Made by a program: the position numbers and the translations under genes. Shown in pieces: positions 49,876 through 58,791 of a stretch of DNA of 64,000 nucleotides. The notes under the pieces were generated by a model. It worked only from the letters and a program-made list of their open reading frames with translations. It searched no databases and was not told where the DNA came from. Source of the DNA: Escherichia phage ime09. Numbering within the stretch: the first letter of the stretch is position 1; every line of letters begins with the position of its first letter. The stretch is from sequence record NC_019503.1, one strand, 5' to 3'.

Positions 49876-50403
49876 TTATGCGAGTACCGTCTTTAACCGT
49901 TCTTCAAACTTCCGAAGAGTATTTTGGCGTTCAGCTCTTTGCTTTTTGTAAGTTTCAATACGCTCTGAAATGAGAGTGTATCGTTCATTTACTGATTCTT
50001 TCATAAAATCAGGAATTTCACGAGAAGCTTTAATCTCGTCAAATTTATCAATAACAGCTTGCTCTTCAGCAATTAAGTTATCATACATTAAAATATCTTT
50101 CTTGATGAACTCAATATCTTCTTGAGTTACACGAGATAATTTAGATGCTTTATCCTTTTTGTACTGTTCGTTAGTATCACGAGACCAGTGTAATGTACGA
50201 TTTTTATTCGTATTTTTGTAAATTTCTACAATACCAATCTCATCAATAATAACGATCCAATTCCAACGGGATTTGTAAATTTGTCCTCCATCAACAGTGA
50301 TTTCACCTCCGATTGAGATGTCGTTAAAGAACTTGCTTTGTGCTTCAGATTTAAATTTACCATCGTTGTAATTTACCAAGTTGAAAATATCTTTAGCGTT
50401 CAT
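49876..50403 (-). CDS. hypothetical protein with C-terminal coiled coil (175 aa)
   Basis: co-directional ORF. Confidence 0.5.
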   Translation of the reverse strand: MNAKDIFNLVNYNDGKFKSEAQSKFFNDISIGGEITVDGGQIYKSRWNWIVIIDEIGIVEIYKNTNKNRTLHWSRDTNEQYKKDKASKLSRVTQEDIEFIKKDILMYDNLIAEEQAVIDKFDEIKASREIPDFMKESVNERYTLISERIETYKKQRAERQNTLRKFEERLKTVLA

Positions 50404-50407
50404 TTTC

Positions 50408-50462
50408 TGTTCCTCCGTAGTTGATAGTTGTATAGTACCACAGAGGAACAGTCTTGTAAACC
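50408..50462. repeat. repeated intergenic promoter cassette, partial copy 3
   Basis: shares gttgatagttgtatagtacca ... gtaaac core. Confidence 0.5.
50432..50461 (-). promoter_or_regulatory. early promoter GTTTAC-N18-TACTAT inside repeated cassette
   Basis: upstream of 49876..50403. Confidence 0.55.
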
Positions 50463-50463
50463 A

Positions 50464-50778
50464 CTAAAAGAAACTTCTTTCACAATTTTTTCCACTGAAC
50501 CATGCGCTCACTGCTTTCTTAGTCTCGGGAGCAGTGTTATCCATAAACCATTCAAAGGCAGCCTTTTTATGATTCTGGAGGGCTTCTCGGGCTTTAATCT
50601 GCTCACGGTCTATTAACACTAACATATGAGCCTTTCTTGTCACCATGGGCTTCTTATGATTTTTTGAATACTCCCAGTCATTTGTCCATCGCATTGTCGT
50701 TGCGAACTGAAATACTGCTTCTTTAATTTTAGTTTCGTAAATTTCACGAGCCTTTGAGTATAACATCATTACCTCCAT
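50464..50778 (-). CDS. hypothetical protein (104 aa)
   Basis: co-directional ORF. Confidence 0.45.
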   Translation of the reverse strand: MEVMMLYSKAREIYETKIKEAVFQFATTMRWTNDWEYSKNHKKPMVTRKAHMLVLIDREQIKAREALQNHKKAAFEWFMDNTAPETKKAVSAWFSGKNCERSFF

Positions 50779-50867
50779 TCACCAGTTTAATTCTAGTCAT
50801 CTTTTTAATGGCAGTCCATATAATCTATTTCTGAACTGCCTTTTTGTCATAGAAGTCCTCTTATGAA

Positions 50868-51848
50868 TTATTTCAGAAGAGTAACCTCAGCGATTTCTTC
50901 CCAACCGTTTTTATCGGTCATAATAAAGTCAGCAAGATAAAGAGCAGTACGCAGTGAAACATTGCGTAAACGATTAACATTAACTTTCATCCATGATAAT
51001 GCTTTATAAGTTTCTTCATCAGAAAGACCGCGCTTTTGCATCATGTCAGTTGAAAGAATAACATCTTCAACCCTGACCATAATTTCTTCATTAGTGTGAA
51101 CACCCAAATCCAAATAAACCGAGCGGGACACTAATGCTTGTAAATGTGGAGCAAGTTTAGTACCACGGTCTAATTCGCGGTCAATGTCAACGTTTGTGAT
51201 AAAAACAATCGTTCCTTTAAATTCAAACTCACGGTCAATGCCTTTTTCTTCTAAGTAAGAAGATGCAGTGCTCCAGCAGACTTTACGGGTCTCTCCGGTG
51301 TCCAGAGCGGCTTTTAGAAGATTAAGAATGTCCATATCAGAGAAAACATCCACATCATCAATCAAAAGGACAGAATTCTCTTCACGATTATTCCAAAGCT
51401 GCTCATAAAGACCAATACCAGAGATTTTACCATTAATGCTTTTATATTCAATGTATCCAATATCATTTGCTTTATTTAAAGCTTTATCTAAAGAATACGT
51501 TTTACCAATACCTGCTGCGCCAGAGATAATCAATGAACGAATATTTCCGTTAATAATACCATTCGTCATCATTCCCATAACATTAAATCTTTTATTAATG
51601 CGGGTTTTCATATCTTCATACGATTCTTTAACTTCTTCAACTTTTACACCATCATATGAAATATCTGATTTGTAAACCCAAACACCGCGACGTTTACCGT
51701 CAATTTCAACAAAAACTTTACCATCTCCTTGTGCATCTACCGGAGCATTATCTGGGAACCATTCGCCTAAGAGCTCAAAAGTTCCAGAGATTTCTTTACC
51801 GAAGTAGATACCCTTATTGATAGTTACAGTTTTCATTTTATTCTCCAA
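50868..51848 (-). CDS. AAA+ ATPase (326 aa)
   Basis: Walker A GAAGIGKT, Walker B LLIDDVD; about 100-aa N-terminal extra domain. Confidence 0.6.
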   Translation of the reverse strand: MENKMKTVTINKGIYFGKEISGTFELLGEWFPDNAPVDAQGDGKVFVEIDGKRRGVWVYKSDISYDGVKVEEVKESYEDMKTRINKRFNVMGMMTNGIINGNIRSLIISGAAGIGKTYSLDKALNKANDIGYIEYKSINGKISGIGLYEQLWNNREENSVLLIDDVDVFSDMDILNLLKAALDTGETRKVCWSTASSYLEEKGIDREFEFKGTIVFITNVDIDRELDRGTKLAPHLQALVSRSVYLDLGVHTNEEIMVRVEDVILSTDMMQKRGLSDEETYKALSWMKVNVNRLRNVSLRTALYLADFIMTDKNGWEEIAEVTLLK

Positions 51849-51920
51849 ATCCGTATCAGTTGATAGTTGTATAGTACCATAAAGCTTTATGCTTGTAAAC
51901 TGTTTTGTGAAAATTTTTTG
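51844..51920. repeat. repeated intergenic promoter cassette, copy 2
   Basis: same flanking blocks as 25488..25570 with different spacer. Confidence 0.6.
51871..51900 (-). promoter_or_regulatory. early promoter GTTTAC-N18-TACTAT inside repeated cassette
   Basis: upstream of AAA+ ATPase gene. Confidence 0.55.
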
Positions 51921-51930
51921 AAATAAAAAA

Positions 51931-51952
51931 AAAGGGAGCCCGAAGGCTCCCT
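51931..51952 (-). terminator. rho-independent terminator after NTase-fold gene
   Basis: aaagggagcccgaaggctccct. Confidence 0.55.
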
Positions 51953-51953
51953 A

Positions 51954-52967
51954 TCATTTATAATAACTTCGGTGGTTTTCAAGATAAACCCTCTCAAGGA
52001 AGTCATCCCAAAAACCCATGTCTACTTTTTGCTGCATACCGTTCTTAGAAGCTTCAATAGATGCTGCTTCTACTTGATCGACCACATCTTCCAAAAACTC
52101 TTGAACAGTTTTAAATGGGTGTTTACCCAGCTTCACGTCGAGAATAAATGGAGCGTCTTGAAGTGGATAGACTAAGTCACCAGTTTTGTAAATTTCCAAT
52201 AGTTGGAGTCCACCACGACAAGCATGACTCAGTGCTTTCCAGTCAATGCCCTCATTCGCTTCAGCCTTACGAGCACGTTCACCGTATTCGGCATCAAGTT
52301 TATTCAAAGACTGCTTAAGCTCAATAAGAGAAAGTGTTGTCTGATATTTACGACCCAACACAGTGTAGAACGTTTGTGGACCGGTTTTCTCATGATTATG
52401 GAATACCCATTCACAAAACTCGTTTTCAGGGAGTCGGTGTTTGATATCTTCTACCTTAGTTCGGCGTAAACGATCTGGAATTCCCTCTTGGTAATCAACC
52501 CACTGGTCAGGGATTTGATTAACTACTTTCAATACATCACGTAATGCGGCCAAACGAGAACCCTTGACACCGTATTTAGAAGCTTGCTTGCGAACATATC
52601 CTAAATAGGATTTCATGTTAGTCGTATAAAAACGAGAACGATTGTCTTGAATAAACTTCCATACATCAGGCAAATCAGATTTAACTACCAGTTCAGGTGG
52701 AGTGTGGAGCATATCCAATGCTACGGTTTCACCATCTGCTGCTAATTTAAAGAAATACTTAAGACTGTATAGTTCATGGTCAATATCATCTTTGGTGTTT
52801 TTAGATGATGTGTTGTTAGTGTTTTTACTCATATGCTCTTTAACATTTCCAATAAGAATATCGCGAGCAGGAGGAACAAAGATTTCTTTAAAATCTACAT
52901 CAGATTCTGGAGTAGAAGTTCCATAAAGATGACTACCAAAATAGCTTTTCATTACTGTTTTCATCAT
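51954..52967 (-). CDS. nucleotidyltransferase-fold protein (337 aa)
   Basis: N-terminal GS-x-YGT-x5-SDVDF pattern typical of Pol-beta-superfamily minimal NTases. Confidence 0.5.
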   Translation of the reverse strand: MMKTVMKSYFGSHLYGTSTPESDVDFKEIFVPPARDILIGNVKEHMSKNTNNTSSKNTKDDIDHELYSLKYFFKLAADGETVALDMLHTPPELVVKSDLPDVWKFIQDNRSRFYTTNMKSYLGYVRKQASKYGVKGSRLAALRDVLKVVNQIPDQWVDYQEGIPDRLRRTKVEDIKHRLPENEFCEWVFHNHEKTGPQTFYTVLGRKYQTTLSLIELKQSLNKLDAEYGERARKAEANEGIDWKALSHACRGGLQLLEIYKTGDLVYPLQDAPFILDVKLGKHPFKTVQEFLEDVVDQVEAASIEASKNGMQQKVDMGFWDDFLERVYLENHRSYYK

Positions 52968-53425
52968 TCAGCCTTATATTCAATAACAGGACATACTTTA
53001 GCTTTACGCGCTTTTAAAAATTCGACGATAATAGATTTCTTTGGTTGAATAGGAGGTAAACCTTTATACGCCCTATCAATATTTTCTACATGTAAAGCAT
53101 AATCCTTTTTCCATTTATAATCTTTATATTTTTCATGCAGTTGTGCAGGAATAACAAATGAACCAATAATAAGTAAAACAAGCAAAATAGCAAGTATAAA
53201 TGCTGATGGAATAAGAGTCCATAAACTACCAAAAATAAGCCATTTCTGCATGATTTCTGCGCAGATGATAGTTAGACCTGCGAGTATAGTACATCCGAAA
53301 AAAGAAACGAAAAATGTAGGAATAACAATAGACCAAAAATACGCGCACAGTGTCTTAGGTCGTTTCCATTCGTCGTTAAACATTTTGAATAATTTATAAT
53401 GCCAAGAGTTTTCATTAATAATCAT
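52964..53425 (-). CDS. membrane protein (153 aa)
   Basis: 2-3 predicted TM helices. Confidence 0.5.
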   Translation of the reverse strand: MIINENSWHYKLFKMFNDEWKRPKTLCAYFWSIVIPTFFVSFFGCTILAGLTIICAEIMQKWLIFGSLWTLIPSAFILAILLVLLIIGSFVIPAQLHEKYKDYKWKKDYALHVENIDRAYKGLPPIQPKKSIIVEFLKARKAKVCPVIEYKAE

Positions 53426-53427
53426 AA

Positions 53428-53949
53428 TTATCCTTTCATTGAAGGTGTAACAGTTGTTAAATACTTAATCATAGCTTCAGCTTCTGATTTTGATAATGAA
53501 ATTTCTCCATTGTTTTGACGAATAGAAATAAAATCCGGATGACGGTCACCACCAGCTTTCAAAACACACATATAAGTATCAGTTTCATCTTCAATATCTG
53601 AAATGATTGAAGCAGTTCCGCATGAATGTGGTTTTTGATAAATCAATGCAGCTTTTCTTCCACCGTTTGACTGTTCATAAACTTTTAACACATCAAACAA
53701 ATCACTTCTTTTATCAATAGCTAAGATGTTGTTTTCATCTTCAATGTTAAATCCTTCGGATACTTCATAAAGTGTCACCCATAAATCGCCAATATCAATG
53801 ACAGCATTCACCTTTCCATGATTTTCAAGAGCATTACAAATTTTCTTAATTTCATCATAACTCATTTTAATAATATCATCTCCTTGAATAAAGAAGATGT
53901 CATTTTTAAATTCAACGCGAATTAAACCACTTTCACTTGAAATAAACAT
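53428..53949 (-). CDS. hypothetical protein, paralog of next gene (173 aa)
   Basis: C-terminal SKSEAEAMIKYLTTVTPSM resembles TKDEAIALKTYLDSVIPTM of neighbour. Confidence 0.5.
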   Translation of the reverse strand: MFISSESGLIRVEFKNDIFFIQGDDIIKMSYDEIKKICNALENHGKVNAVIDIGDLWVTLYEVSEGFNIEDENNILAIDKRSDLFDVLKVYEQSNGGRKAALIYQKPHSCGTASIISDIEDETDTYMCVLKAGGDRHPDFISIRQNNGEISLSKSEAEAMIKYLTTVTPSMKG

Positions 53950-53955
53950 ATTTCC

Positions 53956-54513
53956 TCACTTTGAAATCATAGTTGGAATGACAGAATCAAGATAAGTCTT
54001 TAGCGCAATAGCTTCGTCTTTGGTAAATGTGACAATATGCGATCGAAAATCATCAATTTGACGAATAGTTAAGACATCTCCATCTTCATAGCATTTTGAC
54101 ACATTTAAAACAGTTTCATCATTCTGATTGCAAGCGTTAGTAATAATAGCATTGCAATTTTTGAGCCATTTTAAACTATGTTTTCTTTCATTAGAATAAT
54201 AAAAATATTTAATCTTATCTATAAAACTATCCCAATGGATAACTGATAAGCACATTGACTCACTTTTAATATTAAATCCTGGGCATGAAGAATAAAAATG
54301 AATTTTGTGCTCATCATTGATGCTTACTATTTTATCAGTATAAGGATATTCAATTTGGGTTAAATGAATGATTTCACTAGGCGTAAAATATAGCATATCG
54401 TCTTCTTGCGTCAAACGATACATGTTATTTACTTTTTCTATAGCCAATTCGCCAAAAAGCGGACTAACTTCTAATACTAATCGTTTCATATTGATTCTCT
54501 TCGACTCACTCAC
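53956..54513 (-). CDS. hypothetical protein, paralog of previous gene (185 aa)
   Basis: shared C-terminal block. Confidence 0.5.
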   Translation of the reverse strand: MSESKRINMKRLVLEVSPLFGELAIEKVNNMYRLTQEDDMLYFTPSEIIHLTQIEYPYTDKIVSINDEHKIHFYSSCPGFNIKSESMCLSVIHWDSFIDKIKYFYYSNERKHSLKWLKNCNAIITNACNQNDETVLNVSKCYEDGDVLTIRQIDDFRSHIVTFTKDEAIALKTYLDSVIPTMISK

Positions 54514-54648
54514 AATTACATACTCCTTTGAATAATATCAATAATGTTGTTCACCAGATTATAAGTAAACATTGGGTAATTATATTGAATCATCACATAC
54601 ACAACAAACAAAACTTTCATTCTCTTCTCCTTGGCAGTTGACAAGATT

Positions 54649-54678
54649 ACTATACCATAACCTTGCCAACTTGTAAAC
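54649..54678 (-). promoter_or_regulatory. early promoter GTTTAC-N18-TATAGT
   Basis: upstream of 53956..54513. Confidence 0.5.
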
Positions 54679-54843
54679 CATTAAATGACGTTTTCAATAA
54701 AATTCTGAAGCTTTGTGTGAGCATCAACCATGATTTTCATTTCTTCCTTTGCGAAAGCTGTACCTCTTTCACGAGAAGAATACTCATAGTCAGAAACTGC
54801 ATTAGCATATTCTTCAATTAGCTTCATTAAAAACATCTGCTTT

Positions 54844-55038
54844 TCAGTTTTCATTATTCCACCTAATCATTTCAAGATATTGAACTAACTTAGCTTTAGA
54901 TTTATCCAAATCCTTTTTAGCTGCTTCTATACCATCGTACGAATATCCTTCACAATGCTCAACTGCCAATTGGTATGAATCTATTTCAATATCACGTGCT
55001 AATTTAATGATTTTTTCAAACTGTTCACGTGTTAGCAT
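54844..55038 (-). CDS. hypothetical protein (64 aa)
   Basis: co-directional ORF. Confidence 0.4.
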   Translation of the reverse strand: MLTREQFEKIIKLARDIEIDSYQLAVEHCEGYSYDGIEAAKKDLDKSKAKLVQYLEMIRWNNEN

Positions 55039-55040
55039 AC

Positions 55041-55280
55041 TTAAACTCTCGTATTATGATCGATAATTTCATCAAGAAACATATCTAAAGCTTCTACAGC
55101 ATTATCAACTTTAGCTTCAAGTTCTTCAGCGCCTTTATTTGCAATGCCTGACGAAAACCAAGCAAAGTCACTAAGTTCCTCATCTGCTTTGCGAATTAAA
55201 GCCACCAATTCTTTAATTTTATCTGCTTGTTCAATACTAATCATTATTCCACCACATATGAAAGAGAGAATATTGCACAC
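55041..55280 (-). CDS. hypothetical protein (79 aa)
   Basis: co-directional ORF. Confidence 0.4.
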   Translation of the reverse strand: MCNILSFICGGIMISIEQADKIKELVALIRKADEELSDFAWFSSGIANKGAEELEAKVDNAVEALDMFLDEIIDHNTRV

Positions 55281-55477
55281 GCCATATGAGTTGCAGCTTC
55301 ATCACACATATCATAACGTTTCTTAAGAAGTTCTACAAGTTCTTCACTAGTAACTTCATCCATGTCGACGAAAAAATCACCATTAATAATGACGTAGATA
55401 TTTCCTTCTTGATTAAGTGCTTCAATTTTCATGATGTTCTCCTCTTTATCCGATGGTTGTATAGTATCACAGCTCAA
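55244..55477 (-). CDS. hypothetical protein (77 aa)
   Basis: co-directional ORF. Confidence 0.4.
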   Translation of the reverse strand: MSCDTIQPSDKEENIMKIEALNQEGNIYVIINGDFFVDMDEVTSEELVELLKKRYDMCDEAATHMACAIFSLSYVVE

Positions 55478-55490
55478 ATGGAAAGTAAAC
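55461..55490 (-). promoter_or_regulatory. early promoter GTTTAC-N18-TACTAT
   Basis: between terminator 55506..55523 and 55244..55477. Confidence 0.5.
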
Positions 55491-55505
55491 CGGTAAAATG
55501 AAAAA

Positions 55506-55523
55506 AGTCTCCCGAAGGAGACT
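55506..55523 (-). terminator. rho-independent terminator
   Basis: agtctcccgaaggagact. Confidence 0.55.
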
Positions 55524-55527
55524 AATG

Positions 55528-55914
55528 TTATTCGAGGGAAAGAAGATATTTACTCTGGTAAAACATCCCAGTAATATCATCTATCGTGCTTTGAATGGCT
55601 GGAGGCATTTCTTTATAAATGCTGTTAGATTGGTCTAGTATGCGATCAATCATTTTAATTGTGTCGGTAGGAAGTTTACTGGCATCTGGAATAGAAGGCG
55701 TGTATTTTCTACCAGAATACCCCAAATATTGCTCACCAAATTTATCAATCAAATCTGGCAACTCAGAGAAAATAAAATCGTATGCTTTGTGTCTAGCATA
55801 ACTTTTAGTTTCAAAATGTGCAGAATGAAAATAAGCTTGTGCAGCCATTAATAAACCTAAGTATTCATCTGCCTTTGAAGGTTTTCCACTTTGTGAAAAG
55901 TCGCTGAATTTCAT
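55528..55914 (-). CDS. hypothetical protein (128 aa)
   Basis: co-directional ORF overlapping rI stop. Confidence 0.5.
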   Translation of the reverse strand: MKFSDFSQSGKPSKADEYLGLLMAAQAYFHSAHFETKSYARHKAYDFIFSELPDLIDKFGEQYLGYSGRKYTPSIPDASKLPTDTIKMIDRILDQSNSIYKEMPPAIQSTIDDITGMFYQSKYLLSLE

Positions 55915-56204
55915 TCAGTCTCCAATTTAATGTTCATAATTCTAGCGTATGATTGTGCCATCTCCGCGCCTCGTTCTATACATTCAAAATCGGAAGAGCA
56001 CGGGTCATTTTTATAAGTCGTTCGCATAAAACTATAGAACTGTTCAGATGATTCTACGCTTTTATTTTCAAAAAGCATATAAACGTGTCTAATACCAGAT
56101 TCCATAAATTTATCAAAATGAGGATCGACATTCGCTTCAATTGGTGGAGATAAAGCAAACGCTAATCCTAGCATGGCAAATAGTGCCGTTGCTTTTAAGG
56201 CCAT
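55911..56204 (-). CDS. rI: lysis inhibition regulator rI (periplasmic)
   Basis: 97 aa with signal-anchor MALKATALFAMLGLAFALSPPIEA; matches remembered T4 rI. Confidence 0.8.
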   Translation of the reverse strand: MALKATALFAMLGLAFALSPPIEANVDPHFDKFMESGIRHVYMLFENKSVESSEQFYSFMRTTYKNDPCSSDFECIERGAEMAQSYARIMNIKLETE

Positions 56205-56216
56205 AAAGGCCTCCTA

Positions 56217-56429
56217 TCATTTTTGTCCTGTATTTACTTTATGCCGATGCACGGCCTTAACTTTATCAAGGTATTTTTCAAAATTTCGCAATCTAGTATA
56301 GTCTGCCGGAGATTGGTTGAGTGATACTTCTCGACGCAAAGCTGAAATGATATTTCCAACTTCCCTACGAATTTCATCTAATTGAAGAACAGTAAGATTG
56401 CGAAGTTGCTTTTCAGTTAATTGTAGCAT
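56217..56429 (-). CDS. hypothetical protein (rI.1 position)
   Basis: 70-aa ORF with TATAAATA box upstream. Confidence 0.5.
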
Positions 56430-56454
56430 ATATACCCCTTTAGTTAGATAAACC

Positions 56455-56462
56455 TATTTATA
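56455..56462 (-). promoter_or_regulatory. late promoter TATAAATA upstream of rI.1-rI
   Basis: exact TATAAATA on minus strand between tk and rI.1. Confidence 0.5.
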
Positions 56463-56471
56463 ACTTTTGCA

Positions 56472-57053
56472 CTAACCGAGCTTTTTAGTTAATTCATTCC
56501 AATGTTTTCTGCACAAAGAAACATAAATTTCATCACCAATACAGATTTGATTACCTTCTTTAACTGGTGTTCCATCTTCCATTAATCGAGCTGTCATAAT
56601 AGCTTTTTTACCACAATGACAAACTGCTTTTAGTTCAATAAGTTTATCTGCAATCGCCAAAAGTTCTTTAGAACCTTCAAATAATTTTCCAGCGAAATCA
56701 GTCCTTAGTCCATAAGCCATAACAGGAACATTATATGTATCAACAATTCGGCTTAATTGATGAACCTGTTCAGTTTTTAAAAACTGAGCTTCATCTACAA
56801 ATACACAATGAATATCTTTTTGTGCTTCAGCCCATTTATAGAACTCAAAAATATCCATATCATCCGTAATAATATTCGCTTCCTGTTTAATTCCAATGCG
56901 AGAAACGACTTCACAGACAGAATCGCGAGTATCAATAGCAGGTTTAAGAACTAATACACCCATTCCGCGTTCTTTATAATTATGCGCAGCAGTCAAAAGA
57001 GAAGCAGATTTTCCAGCATTCATTGCTGCATAAGTAAAAATTAAACTCGCCAT
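56472..57053 (-). CDS. tk: thymidine kinase
   Basis: 193 aa; P-loop MNAGKSA; C-terminal CHCG...C...C zinc site. Confidence 0.93.
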   Translation of the reverse strand: MASLIFTYAAMNAGKSASLLTAAHNYKERGMGVLVLKPAIDTRDSVCEVVSRIGIKQEANIITDDMDIFEFYKWAEAQKDIHCVFVDEAQFLKTEQVHQLSRIVDTYNVPVMAYGLRTDFAGKLFEGSKELLAIADKLIELKAVCHCGKKAIMTARLMEDGTPVKEGNQICIGDEIYVSLCRKHWNELTKKLG

Positions 57054-57062
57054 ATCACCTTC

Positions 57063-57269
57063 TTAAAGCGTATTCACATAAGCTATTAATTCGTTTTCTT
57101 TCTTATCAAACCGGTCAGCAAATTCTTCTTGCTGTTCGGGAGATAGCGGGCCGTATTCATCATAAAAGGTGTTTGCTTCTGTATGCTCATCTAGAAGTTC
57201 ATGGATAAGCTTAAACAATTTATCTTTTTGTTCTTTACTCAAACTCATAACCATGTAACCTTTAAGCAA
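57063..57269 (-). CDS. hypothetical protein (68 aa)
   Basis: co-directional ORF. Confidence 0.45.
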   Translation of the reverse strand: MLKGYMVMSLSKEQKDKLFKLIHELLDEHTEANTFYDEYGPLSPEQQEEFADRFDKKENELIAYVNTL

Positions 57270-57457
57270 TATTCTTCTACATGTTGTTTACGACCTTTCC
57301 TATCAATAAAGGTATATTCAACGAATGTTCCAATATAATCTTTATCTACATCATGAGAACTATTAATTGGGCATTTAGTACGGCAAATGCGTTCCCATTG
57401 ACGAATAATTTCTGCTTTGTTTTTAGGATCAAACGGATGCGGGTAATGTGCTTTCAT
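57245..57457 (-). CDS. hypothetical protein (70 aa)
   Basis: co-directional ORF. Confidence 0.45.
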   Translation of the reverse strand: MKAHYPHPFDPKNKAEIIRQWERICRTKCPINSSHDVDKDYIGTFVEYTFIDRKGRKQHVEEYCLKVTWL

Positions 57458-57908
57458 AATCCACCACTATTAAATCAATATCAGGAGTAAACATGTCGAT
57501 TAATTTAGAAACCTTATCCCAATCACCGCCAGCAATACCACAACCTATGCGTGGGATGTAAATTACTGGTTTAAACAAAAGGGTCTCTGCCTGTAGATTT
57601 AATTCTATCATGCAGTTTACTAAAGCACCATAATCAAGATTAGGACCTGGTTCGTATTGTGTATACAGATTATAGCATATACCAAATCCCGTAGGACTAT
57701 GTTTAAAAACAATAGACATATCGCCTAATTTATCGCGAGAACCGTACTCGGTAGTAGTTTTATCTATTTCTAAAATTTTGGGATAGGCTCTTGCTAATTG
57801 ACCCGCTACACCTGAACCCATAGTATGAAAACAATTGCACCCGTGCGCAATAATATTACCTTGAAGAAATAGGGCGACAATATCGCCCTTGATATATTTT
57901 ACAATCAT
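57429..57908 (-). CDS. macro-domain protein (Poa1p-like)
   Basis: 159 aa; HGCNCFHTMGSGVAGQLA resembles the HxCNC...GGGIA signature of Poa1p-type macro domains. Confidence 0.6.
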   Translation of the reverse strand: MIVKYIKGDIVALFLQGNIIAHGCNCFHTMGSGVAGQLARAYPKILEIDKTTTEYGSRDKLGDMSIVFKHSPTGFGICYNLYTQYEPGPNLDYGALVNCMIELNLQAETLLFKPVIYIPRIGCGIAGGDWDKVSKLIDMFTPDIDLIVVDYESTLPASV

Positions 57909-58246
57909 CTAGTACTCAATCCTCGATTATAAGAATCTACTAAACGGTCAACCATTGAATGACAAGCGGCTTTATCTTTCTCCTCCGCAACTGAACATTC
58001 TAAGGTATTCCACTTTTTAGCATATCGTTTTAACAATGTATCATTTTTATATCTACTTGATTTATCTCTTTCTCCGTCTTTATATGCATATATTAATTTC
58101 TGCGCAAATTCAGCTTGGCATGCTTTATTTTTCCCGCAATAATCCGCGGCAGTACGGTTTACATACTCTCTAATTTCAGTATATGATGTATTTGCTAACG
58201 CAGAAAATGAAATTAATCCTATACATAAAACCAAAATTTTAGTCAT
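57905..58246 (-). CDS. secreted protein with signal peptide (113 aa)
   Basis: MTKILVLCIGLISFSALA signal; several Cys. Confidence 0.5.
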   Translation of the reverse strand: MTKILVLCIGLISFSALANTSYTEIREYVNRTAADYCGKNKACQAEFAQKLIYAYKDGERDKSSRYKNDTLLKRYAKKWNTLECSVAEEKDKAACHSMVDRLVDSYNRGLSTR

Positions 58247-58784
58247 TTACTATTTCCAAAAGTTTATTATTTTTAAGGTAGTTAGCCTTTTCTAGGACTT
58301 CAGAAGCATATTTAGAACCTGCTTTAACATTCCATCCCGAATTATAAGAGGATATAGCCTTTCTTATATCGCCCTTATGTATATTTAACCAATAAGAAAG
58401 TTCAATGTACGCCCAGGAAGCTGAATTGGACCGTTTATTCAACATTCTTTTTATTTCAGTATCGGTCATATTATAACCAAGTTCCTTGACTCTCGCTCGC
58501 ATAGTAGGCAAATAATTTTGGAACATTCCATAGGCATGATGCTTTGGTTTAGATTTTAAATTAACTCCGGCAGAGCTTTCTTGCCATAAAATAGCAGCCA
58601 TTATATGACCCAATCCGCTCTTGTGGATATTTTTGTGTGTTTTATATTTTCCATCCTTAGAAAATTGTTCCCCGAATTGATACGCGTAACGCATGTTATC
58701 GAGTTGGACATTACTGAAAGTATGCTCGGAGCTATGTGCCATCATAGAAATGGCCAATAGACCAGCGAGTAGTGCTTTTCTCAT
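58239..58784 (-). CDS. periplasmic lytic transglycosylase-like protein (GH23/SLT)
   Basis: signal peptide; WQESS, YGMFQ and YNSGWN resemble SLT motifs. Confidence 0.6.
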   Translation of the reverse strand: MRKALLAGLLAISMMAHSSEHTFSNVQLDNMRYAYQFGEQFSKDGKYKTHKNIHKSGLGHIMAAILWQESSAGVNLKSKPKHHAYGMFQNYLPTMRARVKELGYNMTDTEIKRMLNKRSNSASWAYIELSYWLNIHKGDIRKAISSYNSGWNVKAGSKYASEVLEKANYLKNNKLLEIVND

Positions 58785-58791
58785 GCTTACC

